Below are positions 12,502 to 52,366 of a DNA stretch of 64,000 nucleotides, one piece after another. The notes below the pieces were generated by a model. The model made no database searches, was not told where the DNA came from, and was given only the letters and a program-made list of their open reading frames with translations. Source of the stretch: Octopus sinensis (taxonomy: Eukaryota); NCBI RefSeq assembly GCF_006345805.1, contig NC_043019.1:11407360-11471359 (forward strand), given 5' to 3'. Made by a program: the position numbers and the translations under genes. Positions within the stretch are counted from its first letter, which is position 1. The number at the start of each line of letters is the position of its first letter.

Positions 12502-15500
12502 AACACATACATACGTACGTATGTATATATATATATATATATATAAAAACACATGTATATATGTGTGTGTTTGTCTCTTTGGTTTGACATCACATAATAG
12601 TTGTAAACAAGTGTCACCGTTAATCAAGCAATGTTATTGATTGACACTATTCTGCGAGAACATATCTGGTCCTGGTTTCAGTCCCATTGTATGGCACCTT
12701 AGGCAAGTGTCTTCTAGTATAACCTCAAGCCAACCAAAGCCTTGTGAGTGGATTTGGTAGACGGAAACTGAAAGAAGCCTGTCATGTGTGTGTATCTTTG
12801 TGTCTGTTTGTCCCACCACCACCGCTTGGCAGTTGGTGTTGGTGTGTTTACATCCCTGTAACTTAACAGTTCAGCAATAAAGACCAATAGAATGAGTACT
12901 AGACTTTAAAAAAAATTACTGGGGTCAATTTATTCAACTAAAAATTCGAGGTAGTGCTCCAGCATGGCCACAGTCTAATAACTGAAACAAGTAAAAGATA
13001 AAAGATATGACAATGATGATGATATGTAACTGTGTACAAAACACCTTTCTCCTCACCCAGTCAAATATAACGTCAAAATGTCAGCTGAATATCAACAAGA
13101 TATCAAATATAATGTCAAAGTATCAGCTGGATGTCAACAGGATGTCAAACTAAATGCTAAAGCGTCAGCAAGATGTTAAATATAAAGTCAATGTCAATGT
13201 AAACAAGTTGTCAAATATAACGTGTGTCAGCAAGATATCAAAACGTCCAAGTATTATTAGTGTGTCAAAACCACAAGGTGTCAAATAAATGTCAAAAGTA
13301 TCAGCTGTGTGTCAACAAGGTGTTAGAAAAAAAATGCCAAGAGAAACATTTCCTTACTTATTGAATTTTCCCTGGAACACAGGTGACATTTTAACACCAG
13401 GTTGGCTGATCCTCGTCCACCTTTTAATGGTGCACTCTCCTGGGGAGGAGGAAAGGAAGACAGAAATGATGTACAAACATCATATGATAAGTCCTACACA
13501 CACACACACACACACACCAACTGCCATGAAATACAAATATATACACACCCACAAATATACATACATCTGCAGTCCATCTCAAAAGACAAACACTCACCCA
13601 CAAATCAACATACACACAGATATATAAATACACACATGCACACATATATTCGCACACACACAAACATATACACACGCACCAACTACATCTTTGTTAATTT
13701 CAACCTTGAGTACTCAGTTTTTCAATCAAATGCTCACTGAATTCAGATCTATGTGGCTGAATATTCCACAGACATGGATACCTATTTCTTTACTACCCAC
13801 AAGGGGCTAAACACAGAGAGAACAAACAAGGACAGACAAACGGATTAAGTCGATTATATCGACCCCAGTGCGTAACTGGTACTTATTTAATCGACCCCGA
13901 AAGGATGAAAGGCAAAGTCGACCTCAGCGGGATTTGAACTCAGAACATAACGGCAGACGAAATACCGCTAAGCATTTCGCCCGGCGTGCTAACGTTTCTG
14001 CCAGTTCCACAGACATGGATACCTATTTCTTTACTACCCACAAGGGGCTAAACACAGAGAGGACAAACAAGAACGGATTAAGTCGATTACATCGACCCCA
14101 GTGTGTAACTGGTACTTAATTTATCGACCCCGAAGGGATGAAAGACAAAGTCGACCTCTGCGGAATTTGAACTCACAATGTAACGCCAGACAGAATACAG
14201 CTAAGCATTTCACCCGGCGTGCAAACGATTCTGCCAGCTTGCCACCTTTATATACCTACACACACATATATACCCATGCACAGTCACAAATATACCCACA
14301 CTCACAAATATACCTACACTCACTCTCACACACACACAACTATATCTACATACCTGTGCGCCTGCATAAATACAAACACTTAAACACAATTATACTGATA
14401 CACCCATACACACATACCTATTAATAAATCATCATCATCATTGTTTAGCGTCCGCTTTCCATGCTGGCATGGGTTGGACGGTTCAACTGGGGATCTGGGA
14501 AGCCAGAAGGCTGCACCAGGCTCCAGTCTGATCTGGCAGTGTTTCTACGGCTGGATGCCCTTCCTAACGCCAACCACTCCATGAGTGTAGTGGGTGCTTT
14601 TTACGTGCCAGACGAGGCTGGCCACGATCGGATGGTGCTTTTTATGTGCCACCAGCACGGAGGCCAGGTGAGGTTGCCAAACGGCCACGATTGGATGGTG
14701 CTTTTTATGTGCCACCGGCATGGAAGCCAGTCGGGCGGCGCTGGCAACGGCCACGATCGGATAATTCTCTTATGTGCCACCGGCACGGAAGCCAGTCGGG
14801 CGGCACTGGCAACGGCCACGTTCGGATGATTCTCTTATGTGCCACCGGCACTGGTATCACAGCTACAATTTTCATACCCGTTAATAAATCAACACACGTC
14901 CTTTTATCCTTTACTCCCCGCAACTATGCTGGGGTACCACCTCGAAGAATCTTAGTCGAACAAATTGACCCCAGTATGTTTTTTTTTGTTGTTTTAGCCT
15001 AGTATTTATTCTATCAGTAAGCTACAGGGACATAAACACACCAGCACCGGTTGTCAAGAAGTGACAGGGGGTGGGGGGACAAACACAGACAAAAAGACAC
15101 ACACACACACACAACAGGCTTCTTTCTTATTTCTTTATTACCCACAAGGGGCTAAACACAGAAGGAACAAACAAGGACAGACAAACGGATTAAGTCGATT
15201 ACACCGACCCCAGTGCATAACTGGTACTTATTTAATCGACCCCAAAAGGATGAAAGGCAAAGTCAACCTCGGCAGAATTCGAACTCACAACGTAACGCAG
15301 ACGAAATACCGCTAAGCATTTCGCCCGGCGTGCTAACGTTTCTGCCAGCTCACCGCCTTACAGGCTTCTTTCTTTCGGTTTCCTTCTACCAAATCTATTC
15401 GCAAGACTTTGGTCGGCCCAAAGCTTTAGCAGAAGGCTCTTGCCTGAGGTGCCACGCAGTGGGACTGAACCCAGAAGCATGTGGTTGGGAAGCAAGCTTC

Positions 15501-18500
15501 TTATCAGATACAGTCTCACACACACACACACACCTTGCCTATCTGTGCGCATCTATATAAGAGATGTTTACTTACCTCCAGACACACATAAACAAACCGA
15601 TCAGTTGTCTCCCCACAATTGGCACATTTCACCTGAAAAATATTAAAGGGAACTGAGTAATGGCAATGACGATGATAATGGTGATGTGTAACAACACGGC
15701 TGTGGTTGCTATTTTATTCTTTCACTAGCACTATGACCCGGTAATGCCGGATCAAGTGCTAGTGCATGCATATACAGCTGCATGCGTGTGCACATACACG
15801 CGAGTACTGTCCAAATCTCCGACCAATCACATACAGCTAGCGTGATCATTACCAGCGTTGCCTTACTGGCACTTGTGCTGGTGGCACATGAAAAAACATT
15901 CGAGCGAGGTTATTGCCAGTGCCGCTGGACTGACTCCTGTGCAAGTGGCATGTAAAAAACACCATTTGAGCGTGGCCATTGCCAGTACCACCAAACTGGC
16001 CCTCGTGCCGGTAGCATGTAAAAGCACACACTACATTCACGGAGTGGTTGGCGTTAGGAAGGGCATCCAACTGTAGAAACTCTGCCAAATCAAGATTGGA
16101 GCATGGTGCAGCCATCTGGTTCGCCAATCCTCAGTCAAATCATCCAATCCATGCTAGCATGGAAAGCGGACGTTAAATGATGATGATGATGAAACAACCA
16201 CATCATTGAACTCTTGAAGTTATGAGCTAATTCATGATTAATTCAAATTAATTAATGTGAATGAATTAGCATTACATTTTGATACAGTAATCTGAATGCA
16301 AAAGGGCTAAATGAGATGAAGCTCTTTATATCAGCCGGAAAATGGTTGAGATCTAAACTTCTAGTTTTTATGTGAAGGTACATGGCTTAGTGGTTAGGGT
16401 GTTGGACTCATAATCGTAAGATTGTGGTTTCGATTCCTGGACTGGACAACACATTGTGCTAGCATTGAAAGCAGACGTTAAACGATGATGTTACTGCTCT
16501 TAATGTCAAGAACACTTATCCAATGATACTAAACTAAGAATAAATTGATAAATGGTTTAGGGGGTAACGATGCAATTTAGGATGCAGTAATGCACTCGTC
16601 TCTCAAGCGAGAGGGGAAAGTTTTACTTACTTTCATATACCATCGGAAGTCATCACCTTCAGTACAAATATTGGTTATGTTTTCTAGGGTAGCTTTAAAT
16701 TGAAGTGCAATTTTCTGCAAAGAAACAGGAAATATAATACATATGTATATATTTATATCTAATGTAGGATAAAAATTTTTTCAAAAAAATTATTTTCCAA
16801 AAAAAAAATTTATCAATGGCCAGCACATTAAAAAATACCTTTAAAGGTTAAATTCATAAACAATTCATAAATAAGGGCAAACGAAAAAATTTTCAATGCC
16901 AAAAAGTTGGACATATTGTCCATTAACCATTAATTCGTTTGCCCTTATTTATGAATTATGTATATATTTATATATATGTATACTGAAATGAATTGAACTA
17001 GTTTCGGCTTACAAGCTGTGGCCATGTTGGGGCACCACCATTATATATATTAGTTGAAATTTATGGAAAAACAAAGGATGAAGATAGGTGTATGAACAAG
17101 TGAGTGTATTAGTTTGACACTCGGAAAAATGAAAAAGTTTTTTATGTTTCGAGCCTATGCTCTTCAACAGAAAGGAACAAGAGAATGAAAAAAAACTTGT
17201 AGATTTCAGTGGTCCAGCATGGTAGATGTATATCATAAATACATACATTTCACATTAATGCAGACATCTATGTAACTTATCTATTATTAAATATGATAAT
17301 ATGAATTACTTATATGTTGTGATATATTGTTTGTACACAGGTGTGCTATCACCAACCCGGATCTATTTCATCTCGTGCACAGATTTTTTTAATTAATTTT
17401 TTTTTTAACTAAACACTTTGAAACTTCAGATACTGGTAGAATGTGTCACATAGAACAGGGTATACTCTTAATTTTGTATTTTAGAAGTTATTTTGTGTTA
17501 AAATTGTTGTAGTTGGGTAATTTTAACTTATCAATGACATGTATTCAGCTGAAGAAAATTACAACAAAACTAGCAAACTGGTTCAATGCCAGATAAACAA
17601 TCAACAGTTTTGTGCCTCAATATTGTGAGTTCAAACCCTGGAAAAGTCTGTAAGGAATGACTTTGCTATTCATCCATCAAAGAGTTACAAAATCAGTTCC
17701 ATATGTTAAGGATGCAATAAGTCTATCCCTTCCTCCTTTCAAATAATAATATAAGCACTGGGTCATACAAATGATAGGGAGCTGAACTTAAAATACCTTA
17801 GGTTGCAATTCTTTCTTCATGTGTCCATTGATGGGTTTCCACGTAATTTCCACCTACCAAATTCCATTTGCAAAACTTGAGTTGACCCAAGGCTCGTCAG
17901 GAGTGATTTTACCATTTTTTGTTTTCTTTTTCCAGGGTCCATAACAAAGTATCGATCATATTGCTCTCCCCCAAAATATTACAAGTCATTATTATCACAA
18001 CTAGAGCTTATAAGCAGTAGAAAATACGTACTTAGAACTAACAAGTGTTAGTAAACCAGTGAAGACATCAAATTAGTGTCATCAGTGATGTTGGCTAACT
18101 TCACTTCTGCAATGGGTTTATAAAAAATATGAAAATATTTGGGTTTTCTATTGAAGAGGGGAATACCACAATTAAAGACTCTCCCCTCTGGTATTGTTGC
18201 ACAGTATGCAATTGGCTTTTTTTTTGGGGGGGGGGGTCTATTGTTTAGCCCCAGGTCAGCCTTGACCAAATAGGCCTACAGCCAAAAGTATTTCAACTGT
18301 TTCTTTATTATTCTTCTTCAGGCTTAACGCACCTACAAATACATTGACCAATGTGTCTTTCCGTTTCTTTTTCCATCTAAACACTGCAAGGTATTATTTA
18401 TGGGAGATTTGACGGCTATTTTAGCAGGTCGAGTGACTCCATAGTTGCTCCCTCGTAGATTGCACGACGAAAATAAGAGCTTCTGTCAAATTGTTATTGT

Positions 18501-19161
18501 TTTATTCTGAATTATTTTTCGTCATCCTCTCTCTCCACGTTTTCTATATTTTCTGTATTAGGCGACGAGCAGGCAGAATGGTTAGCAAGCTGAACAAAAT
18601 ATGCTTAGCAGCATTTCGTTCCTTTTTATTCTCTGAGTTCAAATTCCACGTGGGTCGACAAAATAAGTACCAATTGAACACTGGCGTCGAGGCAGTCGAC
18701 TTAGACCCTTCATCGAAAAATTGCTCGTCTTGTGCCAAAATTTGAAACCAGTATTTTCTGTGTGTATTCTGCCGAAGTCGACTTCGCCTTTCGTCCTTTC
18801 GGAGTCGATAAAATAAGTACCAGTTGAACACAGGGGTCGATGTAATCGATTTAGACCCTCTCCCGAAATTGCTCGCCTTGTGCCAAAATTTGAAAGCAAC
18901 ATTTTCTCTGTGTACACAAAACATCTTCAACTGTGTCCTATACGAAGTCCACATCAATATGGAATATATGTGGTTATTTTACTATGTATTCAGTCTCTGA
19001 ATTAATTAAACTCATCAAAATACAAGAATAGCAACATGTCACGTATTACCATTTGTGGCTAAAACCTTACAACAGAATTATCGTCAGACGTAAGTAAGCC
19101 AACAACAAAATAAACAAACTGAATATTAAAGAATGGTCAAGTCTGCTTTACTCACCCCCAT
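5729..19161 (-). CDS. CZIB: CXXC motif-containing zinc-binding protein (C1orf123/UPF0587), complete, 7 coding exons, 160 aa
   Basis: Exons 19156-19161, 16631-16714, 15576-15632, 13358-13439, 11533-11642, 9804-9869, 5729-5806 total 483 nt: MGKIALQFKATLENITNICTEGDDFRWYMKVKCANCGE...KGGRGSANLVLKCHLCSRENSI...FECRGIEPVDYQP...DWTDYDENASVSVGIYDLEHRFVKA*; two CXXC motifs; recognisably similar to human CZIB. Confidence 0.96.
5915..8560. repeat. ~2.6-kb compound (CA)/(TA)/(CATA) microsatellite in CZIB last intron
   Basis: Almost uninterrupted alternating purine-pyrimidine tract. Confidence 0.98.
9804..9869 (-). CDS. CZIB: CZIB exon 6
   Basis: tcacag|CGFVGESSESTTQFKEITFAEG|gtaagt. Confidence 0.9.
9977..10365 (-). 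mobile_element. SINE family B
   Basis: Near full-length copy. Confidence 0.8.
10520..11490 (+). mobile_element. Degenerate RTE LINE 3' end plus family C UTR repeats
   Basis: 'ILHGSET..RLERNEASMLCWMCNV..KTWDKV..DRDLW' remnants with stops, followed by family C tails. Confidence 0.75.
11533..11642 (-). CDS. CZIB: CZIB exon 5
   Basis: ttacag|(S)IIKESLGKYTIDNDNQFVSMVTFECRGIEPVDYQPT|gtgagt. Confidence 0.95.
13358..13439 (-). CDS. CZIB: CZIB exon 4
   Basis: ccccag|ESAPLKGGRGSANLVLKCHLCSRENSI|gtaagg. Confidence 0.95.
13778..14250 (-). mobile_element. SINE family A dimer
   Basis: Two units, each preceded by duplicated TTCCACAGACATGGATACC. Confidence 0.8.
14430..14870 (-). mobile_element. RTE 3' UTR repeat (family C)
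   Basis: (CAT)n tail and internal repeats. Confidence 0.75.
14925..15500 (-). mobile_element. SINE B with nested SINE A (15129-15359)
   Basis: Direct repeat ACAGGCTTCTTTCTT at 15114-15128 and 15360-15374. Confidence 0.8.
15576..15632 (-). CDS. CZIB: CZIB exon 3
   Basis: tttcag|VKCANCGETTDRFVYVCLE|gtaagt. Confidence 0.93.
15724..15840 (-). mobile_element. Helitron-like 3' end fragment
   Basis: Reverse complement of 49970-50085, with terminal hairpin and CTAG. Confidence 0.65.
15841..16192 (+). mobile_element. RTE 3' UTR repeat (family C)
   Basis: Same as 3905-4345. Confidence 0.75.
16631..16714 (-). CDS. CZIB: CZIB exon 2
   Basis: ttgcag|KIALQFKATLENITNICTEGDDFRWYMK|gtaagt. Confidence 0.95.
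16862..16957. repeat. 24-bp perfect inverted repeat (small MITE or foldback)
   Basis: AATTCATAAATAAGGGCAAACGAA ... TTCGTTTGCCCTTATTTATGAATT. Confidence 0.85.
19156..19161 (-). CDS. CZIB: CZIB coding exon 1 (MG)
   Basis: ccacaATGGGG|gtgagt. Confidence 0.85.
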
Positions 19162-19229
19162 TGTGGACAATTTCAGTAGTTTAATTAATTAATTAATTAA
19201 CATCGACAGATTTCTTTCTTGTTTGATAT

Positions 19230-19400
19230 TACACCGTTTCACTGAACCGGTGTAGATTCTCATTTGTATCCGTTTACATTTACGTCCACGCGTCAAACAA
19301 ATGGTGTGCGATTTCTATTGGTTCCGTTTGAGTTTTAAGAAATTCACTTCGTAGTCACGTTCGACTTCCGTTCGTCGGACACGGAGAACAGGAACATGAA
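19230..19400. promoter_or_regulatory. Putative CZIB promoter region
   Basis: Locally CpG-retaining unique sequence upstream of the ATG exon; ATTGG (CCAAT) ~19317, GTCACGT, ACTTCCG (ETS-like), CGCGTCAAA (E2F-like). Confidence 0.5.
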
Positions 19401-19899
19401 ACTCTTAGTAACAGTCCTGTGATAATTTTTGCAGCTTTAATAAAAGCATATTATTTTAACTTTGGTATTCGAGTACTATTTTTTCCCACATTATTTTGCA
19501 TTTGTGTGCACACTTGTGTGTGTATGTGTGTCTATCTATTGGGTCATTCCATAAATAATGCGGTTTTTTCTATACTTCTTTTATCTTTCAAAATTAAGAT
19601 AAACAAAGTTCTTTTCCAATCTAAAATATACTCTCCTTCATTTTCTACAATGCTCTTCCATCTAGACTTGCAAGGGCCCTCTTCCAAAATTCACTATTTA
19701 TTATATATCTATTTTTTTAATAAACATAAATCTATCCTCAAATATCTTACGCATCCTGTACAATACTATATACATTTCGAATAATATATTCACTCTATTG
19801 ACAGATATACAAGTGCATCGTGTATATCTGACTTTTGGTCTCTTAGACAACTCACACACACATACACGCATATATATATATGTATATATATATATATAT

Positions 19900-20782
19900 C
19901 ATCATCATCATCATCGTTTAACGTCCGTTCTCCATGCTAGCATGGGTTGGACGGTTCGACCGGGGATCCGAGAAGCCAGAAGGCTGCACCAGGCTCCAGT
20001 CTTATCTGGCAATGTTTCTACAGCTGGATGCCCTTCCTAACGCCAACCACTCCGTGAGTGTAGTGGGTGCTTTTTACGTGCCACCTGCACAGGTGCCAGG
20101 CGAGGCTGGCAACGGCCACGGTCGGATTGGTGTATTTTACGTGCTACCGGCACGGGAGCCAGTCGAAGCGACGCTGGCATCAGCCACGATTTGGATAGTG
20201 CTTTTTACGTACCACCAGACCAGGGATCCTGGCTGGTTCAATTCGATTTCGATTTCGCTTGCCCCAACAGGTCTTCGCAAGCAAAGGGGGTTGGCATGGG
20301 TGCCTGTCGTCGGATGAGGTTCTATATCGACTTCGCTTGCCTCAACAGGTCTTTGTGTCCAAGGGAGGAAAGGCATGCATAAGTGGGCTGGGCTCACTTG
20401 TCCTGCCTGGTCTTCTCACGTACAGCATATTTCCAAAGGTCTCGGTCGCAGGTCATTTCCTCAGTGAGGCCTAAAGTTCGAAGGCCGTGCTTCACCACCT
20501 CGTTCCAGGTTTTCCTGGGTCTACCTCTTCCACGGGTTCCCTCAACTGCTAGGGATTGGCACTTTCTCACACACCTATCTTCATCCATTCTCGCCACATG
20601 ACCATACCAGCGCAATCGTCTCTCTTGCACACCACAACTGATGCTTCTTAGGTACAACATTTCTCTCAAGGTACTAACGCTCTGTCGAGTAAGTACACTG
20701 ACATTACACATCCATCGGAGCATACTGGCTTCATTCCTCACGAGCTTATGCATGTCCTCAGCAGTCACGGCCCATGTTTCAC
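19900..20782 (-). mobile_element. 5'-truncated RTE-clade LINE: ORF2 C-terminus (20394-20782) plus 3' UTR and (ATG)n tail
   Basis: SETWAVT..EASMLRWMCNV..ERRLRWYGHVARM..VEGTRGRGRPRKTW..DRDLW is the typical RTE C-terminus; shows that family C is its 3' UTR. Confidence 0.9.
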
Positions 20783-21809
20783 TATATATATATAGGGGCA
20801 TTTGTACTGTATATCTATGTGCTTGCATATATATGTATCATCATCATCATCATCGTTTAATGTCCGCTTTCCGTACTAGCATGGGTTGGATGATTTGACT
20901 GAGGATCGGCGAGCCAGATGGCTGCACCAGGCTCCAATCTTGATCTGGCAGAGTTTCTACAACTGAATGATCTTCCTAACGCCAACCACTCCGAGAGTGT
21001 GAGAATGATCAAATAGAAAATGGGTACAGATGTTGGCTGGTTGCTTGGTTAGACAGACAGACAGACAGATGGATGGAGTCAATGTAGATGCTGACGGTAC
21101 ATATTGGCACTGTGTGTAGATGTCTGTTGACTGGATAGATAGTGTGTAGATATCCACTGGATAGGTAGAGATAGTGTACAGACGTTGAGCAGATAGAGAG
21201 AGAGACAGATCGTATATGTTGACTGAATAGGTAAATAGTCAAAGTATGTGAATGTCAATGAGAGCTAAGCAGGACCTGTTTTATATGTTGAACTAGCTTA
21301 AAAGCTACACTCCACGCAGACCTTTAAGCTGGCTCCTGTGGAGGGTGTATTGGACCTGCAGCCCATAACTAAAGAGAGCTAAATACCATGGCTATAATAT
21401 GTCTAAAATGACTGTATGCCTTGGTGGTGTTTGATGGAGGTTAAGGATGAATGAAAATTAATCCTGTATTGCAATAATTCTCTGTTGGCCAATCTGTCCC
21501 AAAGTTCTTATTTCAACATAAAATTATGGAAATGAATGTGTCATTTATCTCCCCCTTGATCTCTGACATCACCTGACAAACGCCAACCCAGATGGTGCGA
21601 ATCAGCCAAGCCCTACCTGCTAGAAATAGCAGCCCAAATACTTTTAAATAAGATCTTAATACTGGATGTTCAAGAACCAAATGAAAGGTAGATTTTCATC
21701 CTGGGATCATCCTGGCATAATATGTCTATGTAGAGCAAACATAGCCTGAGATACAGGGGTCCCAGACAGAATTTTGCTTTTAGTTTCACATTGCAACCCC
21801 AGCCCATTC

Positions 21810-22265
21810 AAAGTACCTTGGATCGCAGAACGGCTTGCTGTACTTACCTTGGATCGTAGGGTGACTTGCTGTGCTTGAGGAGACCTATTGAGTCAAGTAC
21901 ATCAACATCAAAATAAAAAATCAAATGGAAATTGTAGTTGTGATACCCATGCCGGTGGCACGTAAAAAGCACCATACGAATGTGGCCGATGCCAGCGCCA
22001 CCTTGACTAGCTTCTGTGCTGGTGACACATAAAAAGCACCAACCGATTGTGACTGATGCCAGCCTCCTCTGGCACCTGTGCCGGTGACACGTAAAAAGCA
22101 CCCACTACACTCACAGGGTGGTTGGCGTTAGGAAGGGCATCCAGCTGTAGACACACTGCCAGATCAGACTGGAGCCTGATGCAGCCACCTGGCTTCCCAG
22201 ACCCCAGTCGAACCATCCAACCCATGCTAGCATGGAAAACAGACATTAAACGATGATGATGATGA
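21810..22265 (+). mobile_element. RTE 3' UTR repeat (family C)
   Basis: Same motifs. Confidence 0.75.
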
Positions 22266-23188
22266 TGGATAGATAAACACATTATTTAGGTGTTAATGAC
22301 AGTGAAGCTATAACTCATAAATATTACGATTCCTATGGATACCCCAACATGGATAACACAGGTCAGTTCACTAGAAAAATCTTTCATCCACCAACATGGT
22401 CACAGTATGTTGCCTTATTGACCTGAATGCTACAAACTATAGTGATGAGTGACATGGTCGAGCTGGGCAAATCCAAGCAAGCTTGACCTCTTGATATAGA
22501 CACATATTTCAGTTCCACCAACTCACCCTTGTCATTCACATTTAACCACACTGTCCTGTCACACCAATCTAGCCATAACCCTCACTGATACAGTATTGCA
22601 ACACAACAAACATGCACCGTCAAGATCTTTACTTTAAAATACAAAACAGGATATCTTTTTATTGAAGCAACAGAAGAATATTACATTATTATTATTATTA
22701 TTATTATCATCATTATTATTATTATTATTGAGTGAGAGAGCAGTGCATGCCATCAAAGTGACACTGGGGTAAAATATACGAAGCCCAGTATACCCATCAT
22801 AACAACCTGTCTGATAAGGGTACACTAGGCACATGCATCACAACCATATGTGCACGACATGGTGATCTCATATCAAGATAAACAGCACATGACCTTGCAG
22901 GTGGGGCCCAGTTAGAATTTTCTGCAGGTCTAGTAGCCCATCCTGCTCAAAAGGTCCCTGAATAAGTATTGTTTAAGGATGTTGAATGAAACACCTACGT
23001 TTCCAAAGTTGAATTATCCAAACCCCAAAGAATCCCTCTCAACACACGGCTATGATGCTCCCCCACTATTTCTGCTCATGATCAGAGATGCACATTTTGT
23101 CAGGCACTAAGGGACATGGTCAACTGGTTAAGGTCAAACAACTGACAAGCAAATCTGTGGTATTGAGCAGAATATTTGCTGTAGCCCA

Positions 23189-23223
<35 letters not shown>

Positions 23224-23504
23224 AACCAACAATTTTAATTTTTAGGACGTCTCTTGCTAGTTTTATTGACCCATACATATTATTAATGTATGTGTGTGTG
23301 TATGCATGTGTGTATGTTTGTGTGTCTACAAATATGTGTGTGTGTGTGTGTGTGTTTAAAGGAGCACCTTCAGTCATGAATGACCATGGGATTGCACCTA
23401 GAAAGTTTCCTTCCAGGTACAGTTGTTTTATGGTAGACCAGCAGTTGCCCATACATACCAGCCTCTCTCTCTTCACCACTGATGTTATGTATGTATATGT
23501 ATAT

Positions 23505-23812
23505 ATCACCGTCACCATGACCGACCAGGCCATCAGATGTTGTTACACATCGCTGGTCACAATGCGCTTCGCATTGTTTTAGCCTTCAAATGATGCCACC
23601 CCGCTGGCTAAGCGAGCAGGCCAACAGAAGAAAGAGTGAGAGAAAGTTGTGACGAAAGAGTACAGCAGGGATCACCACCCCCTGCTGGAGCCTCGTGGAG
23701 CTTCAGGTGTTTTCGCTCAATAAACATTCACAACGCCCGGTCTGGGAATCGAAACCGCGATCCTACGACCGCGAGTCCACTGCCCTAATCACTAGGCCAT
23801 TGTGCCTCCACT
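23505..23812 (-). mobile_element. tRNA-derived SINE family D
   Basis: Head GGAGGCACAATGGCCTAGTGATTAGG..GGTTTCGATTCCC; related segments at 60260-60380, 61870-62045, 62490-62610. Confidence 0.7.
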
Positions 23813-24358
23813 ATATGTATATATACAACATATATATATATACATACATATATAATTAACATATATAATTAATTTAAATGTAATGGGGTTATCCATTTCC
23901 TCAGGAGAAAAAGATAATTATTAAGTTGGTGTTTGAAACATAAATTAATATGAAATCTTGAAAGAAGGTTTTACTTTCGATCACTTTAAAACAGGAGGGT
24001 TGTAGCATAAAGCCATGGAGTAGTTTCAAAAGAGTTAAGCGCATTGATCAGCTTGCTACCAGAAGAGTTTTAATAAAACTTAAACACTTAAATAAGTTGC
24101 TTTTTATTTTGAGTTTTATTTGTATGTTTCTTTGTTTTGCTTCCATTTTCTTTTATTTTTGTCTTTGTTTCTTTGTCAAGTTAATTTTTTTACAAAATCA
24201 GAAAAACAACACAAAAGGTAGGGGGTAGGAGAAATAGAGGGAGAGAGGGAGTAAGAGAGAGAGAAAGAGTCAGGGAGAAAGAGAGTGAAAGAGTGAGAGA
24301 GAGAGAGAGAGTAAAAGATAAAAGAAAAGGGTTGCAGTAGGCAGGAATAGCTTTATGT

Positions 24359-51830
<27,472 letters not shown>

Positions 51831-52334
51831 TACTGATTAAGTCTTTTCTTTTATATTTTTATTTTTAAAAATGTTTGATTTATATAAAATCTTTTATGTT
51901 GCTGGTGTTAAGGTGGTTTTTTTCTAATTTATATACATATATTATATGTTGTGAAATTTGATTTAGTATTGATTGGATTTTTCCCTGTAAGTTTGGAATA
52001 ATATTCCCTCATATTATTATTATTATTATTATCATTATTATTATTTCATATATATATATATATCTATATAGTGTTATGTATTGTGAAATATAGAGGAATA
52101 AAATATATATACTGTGTTATATACAGAGAAATATGCAGAGATATACTATATATAAGAAAATGTAGACAATGTAATAAATTAAGTTTAGAGAGGTTAACAT
52201 CTCTAAACTTTATTATATGTGTGTATGTGTGTGTGAGAGAGTGTGTATGTGTGTATAATACATATGTGTGTGTGTGTGTGTTTACAAATGGGAGATTGCT
52301 TAATACATAGAATAAAGTAAGTAAATATATATAC

Positions 52335-52366
<32 letters not shown>

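Noticed and set aside
14600-14870. Regularly spaced ~60-bp repeats resembling an array
   Set aside because: Internal tandem repeats of the RTE LINE 3' UTR, present in many copies
19340-19440. snRNA (Sm-site-like AATTTTTG at ~19424)
   Set aside because: No recognisable U1/U2/U4/U5/U11/U12 motifs; the region is better explained as the CZIB promoter
20394-20828. Host gene of 144 aa
   Set aside because: C-terminal fragment of a 5'-truncated RTE LINE ORF2; the N-terminal residues come from flanking sequence
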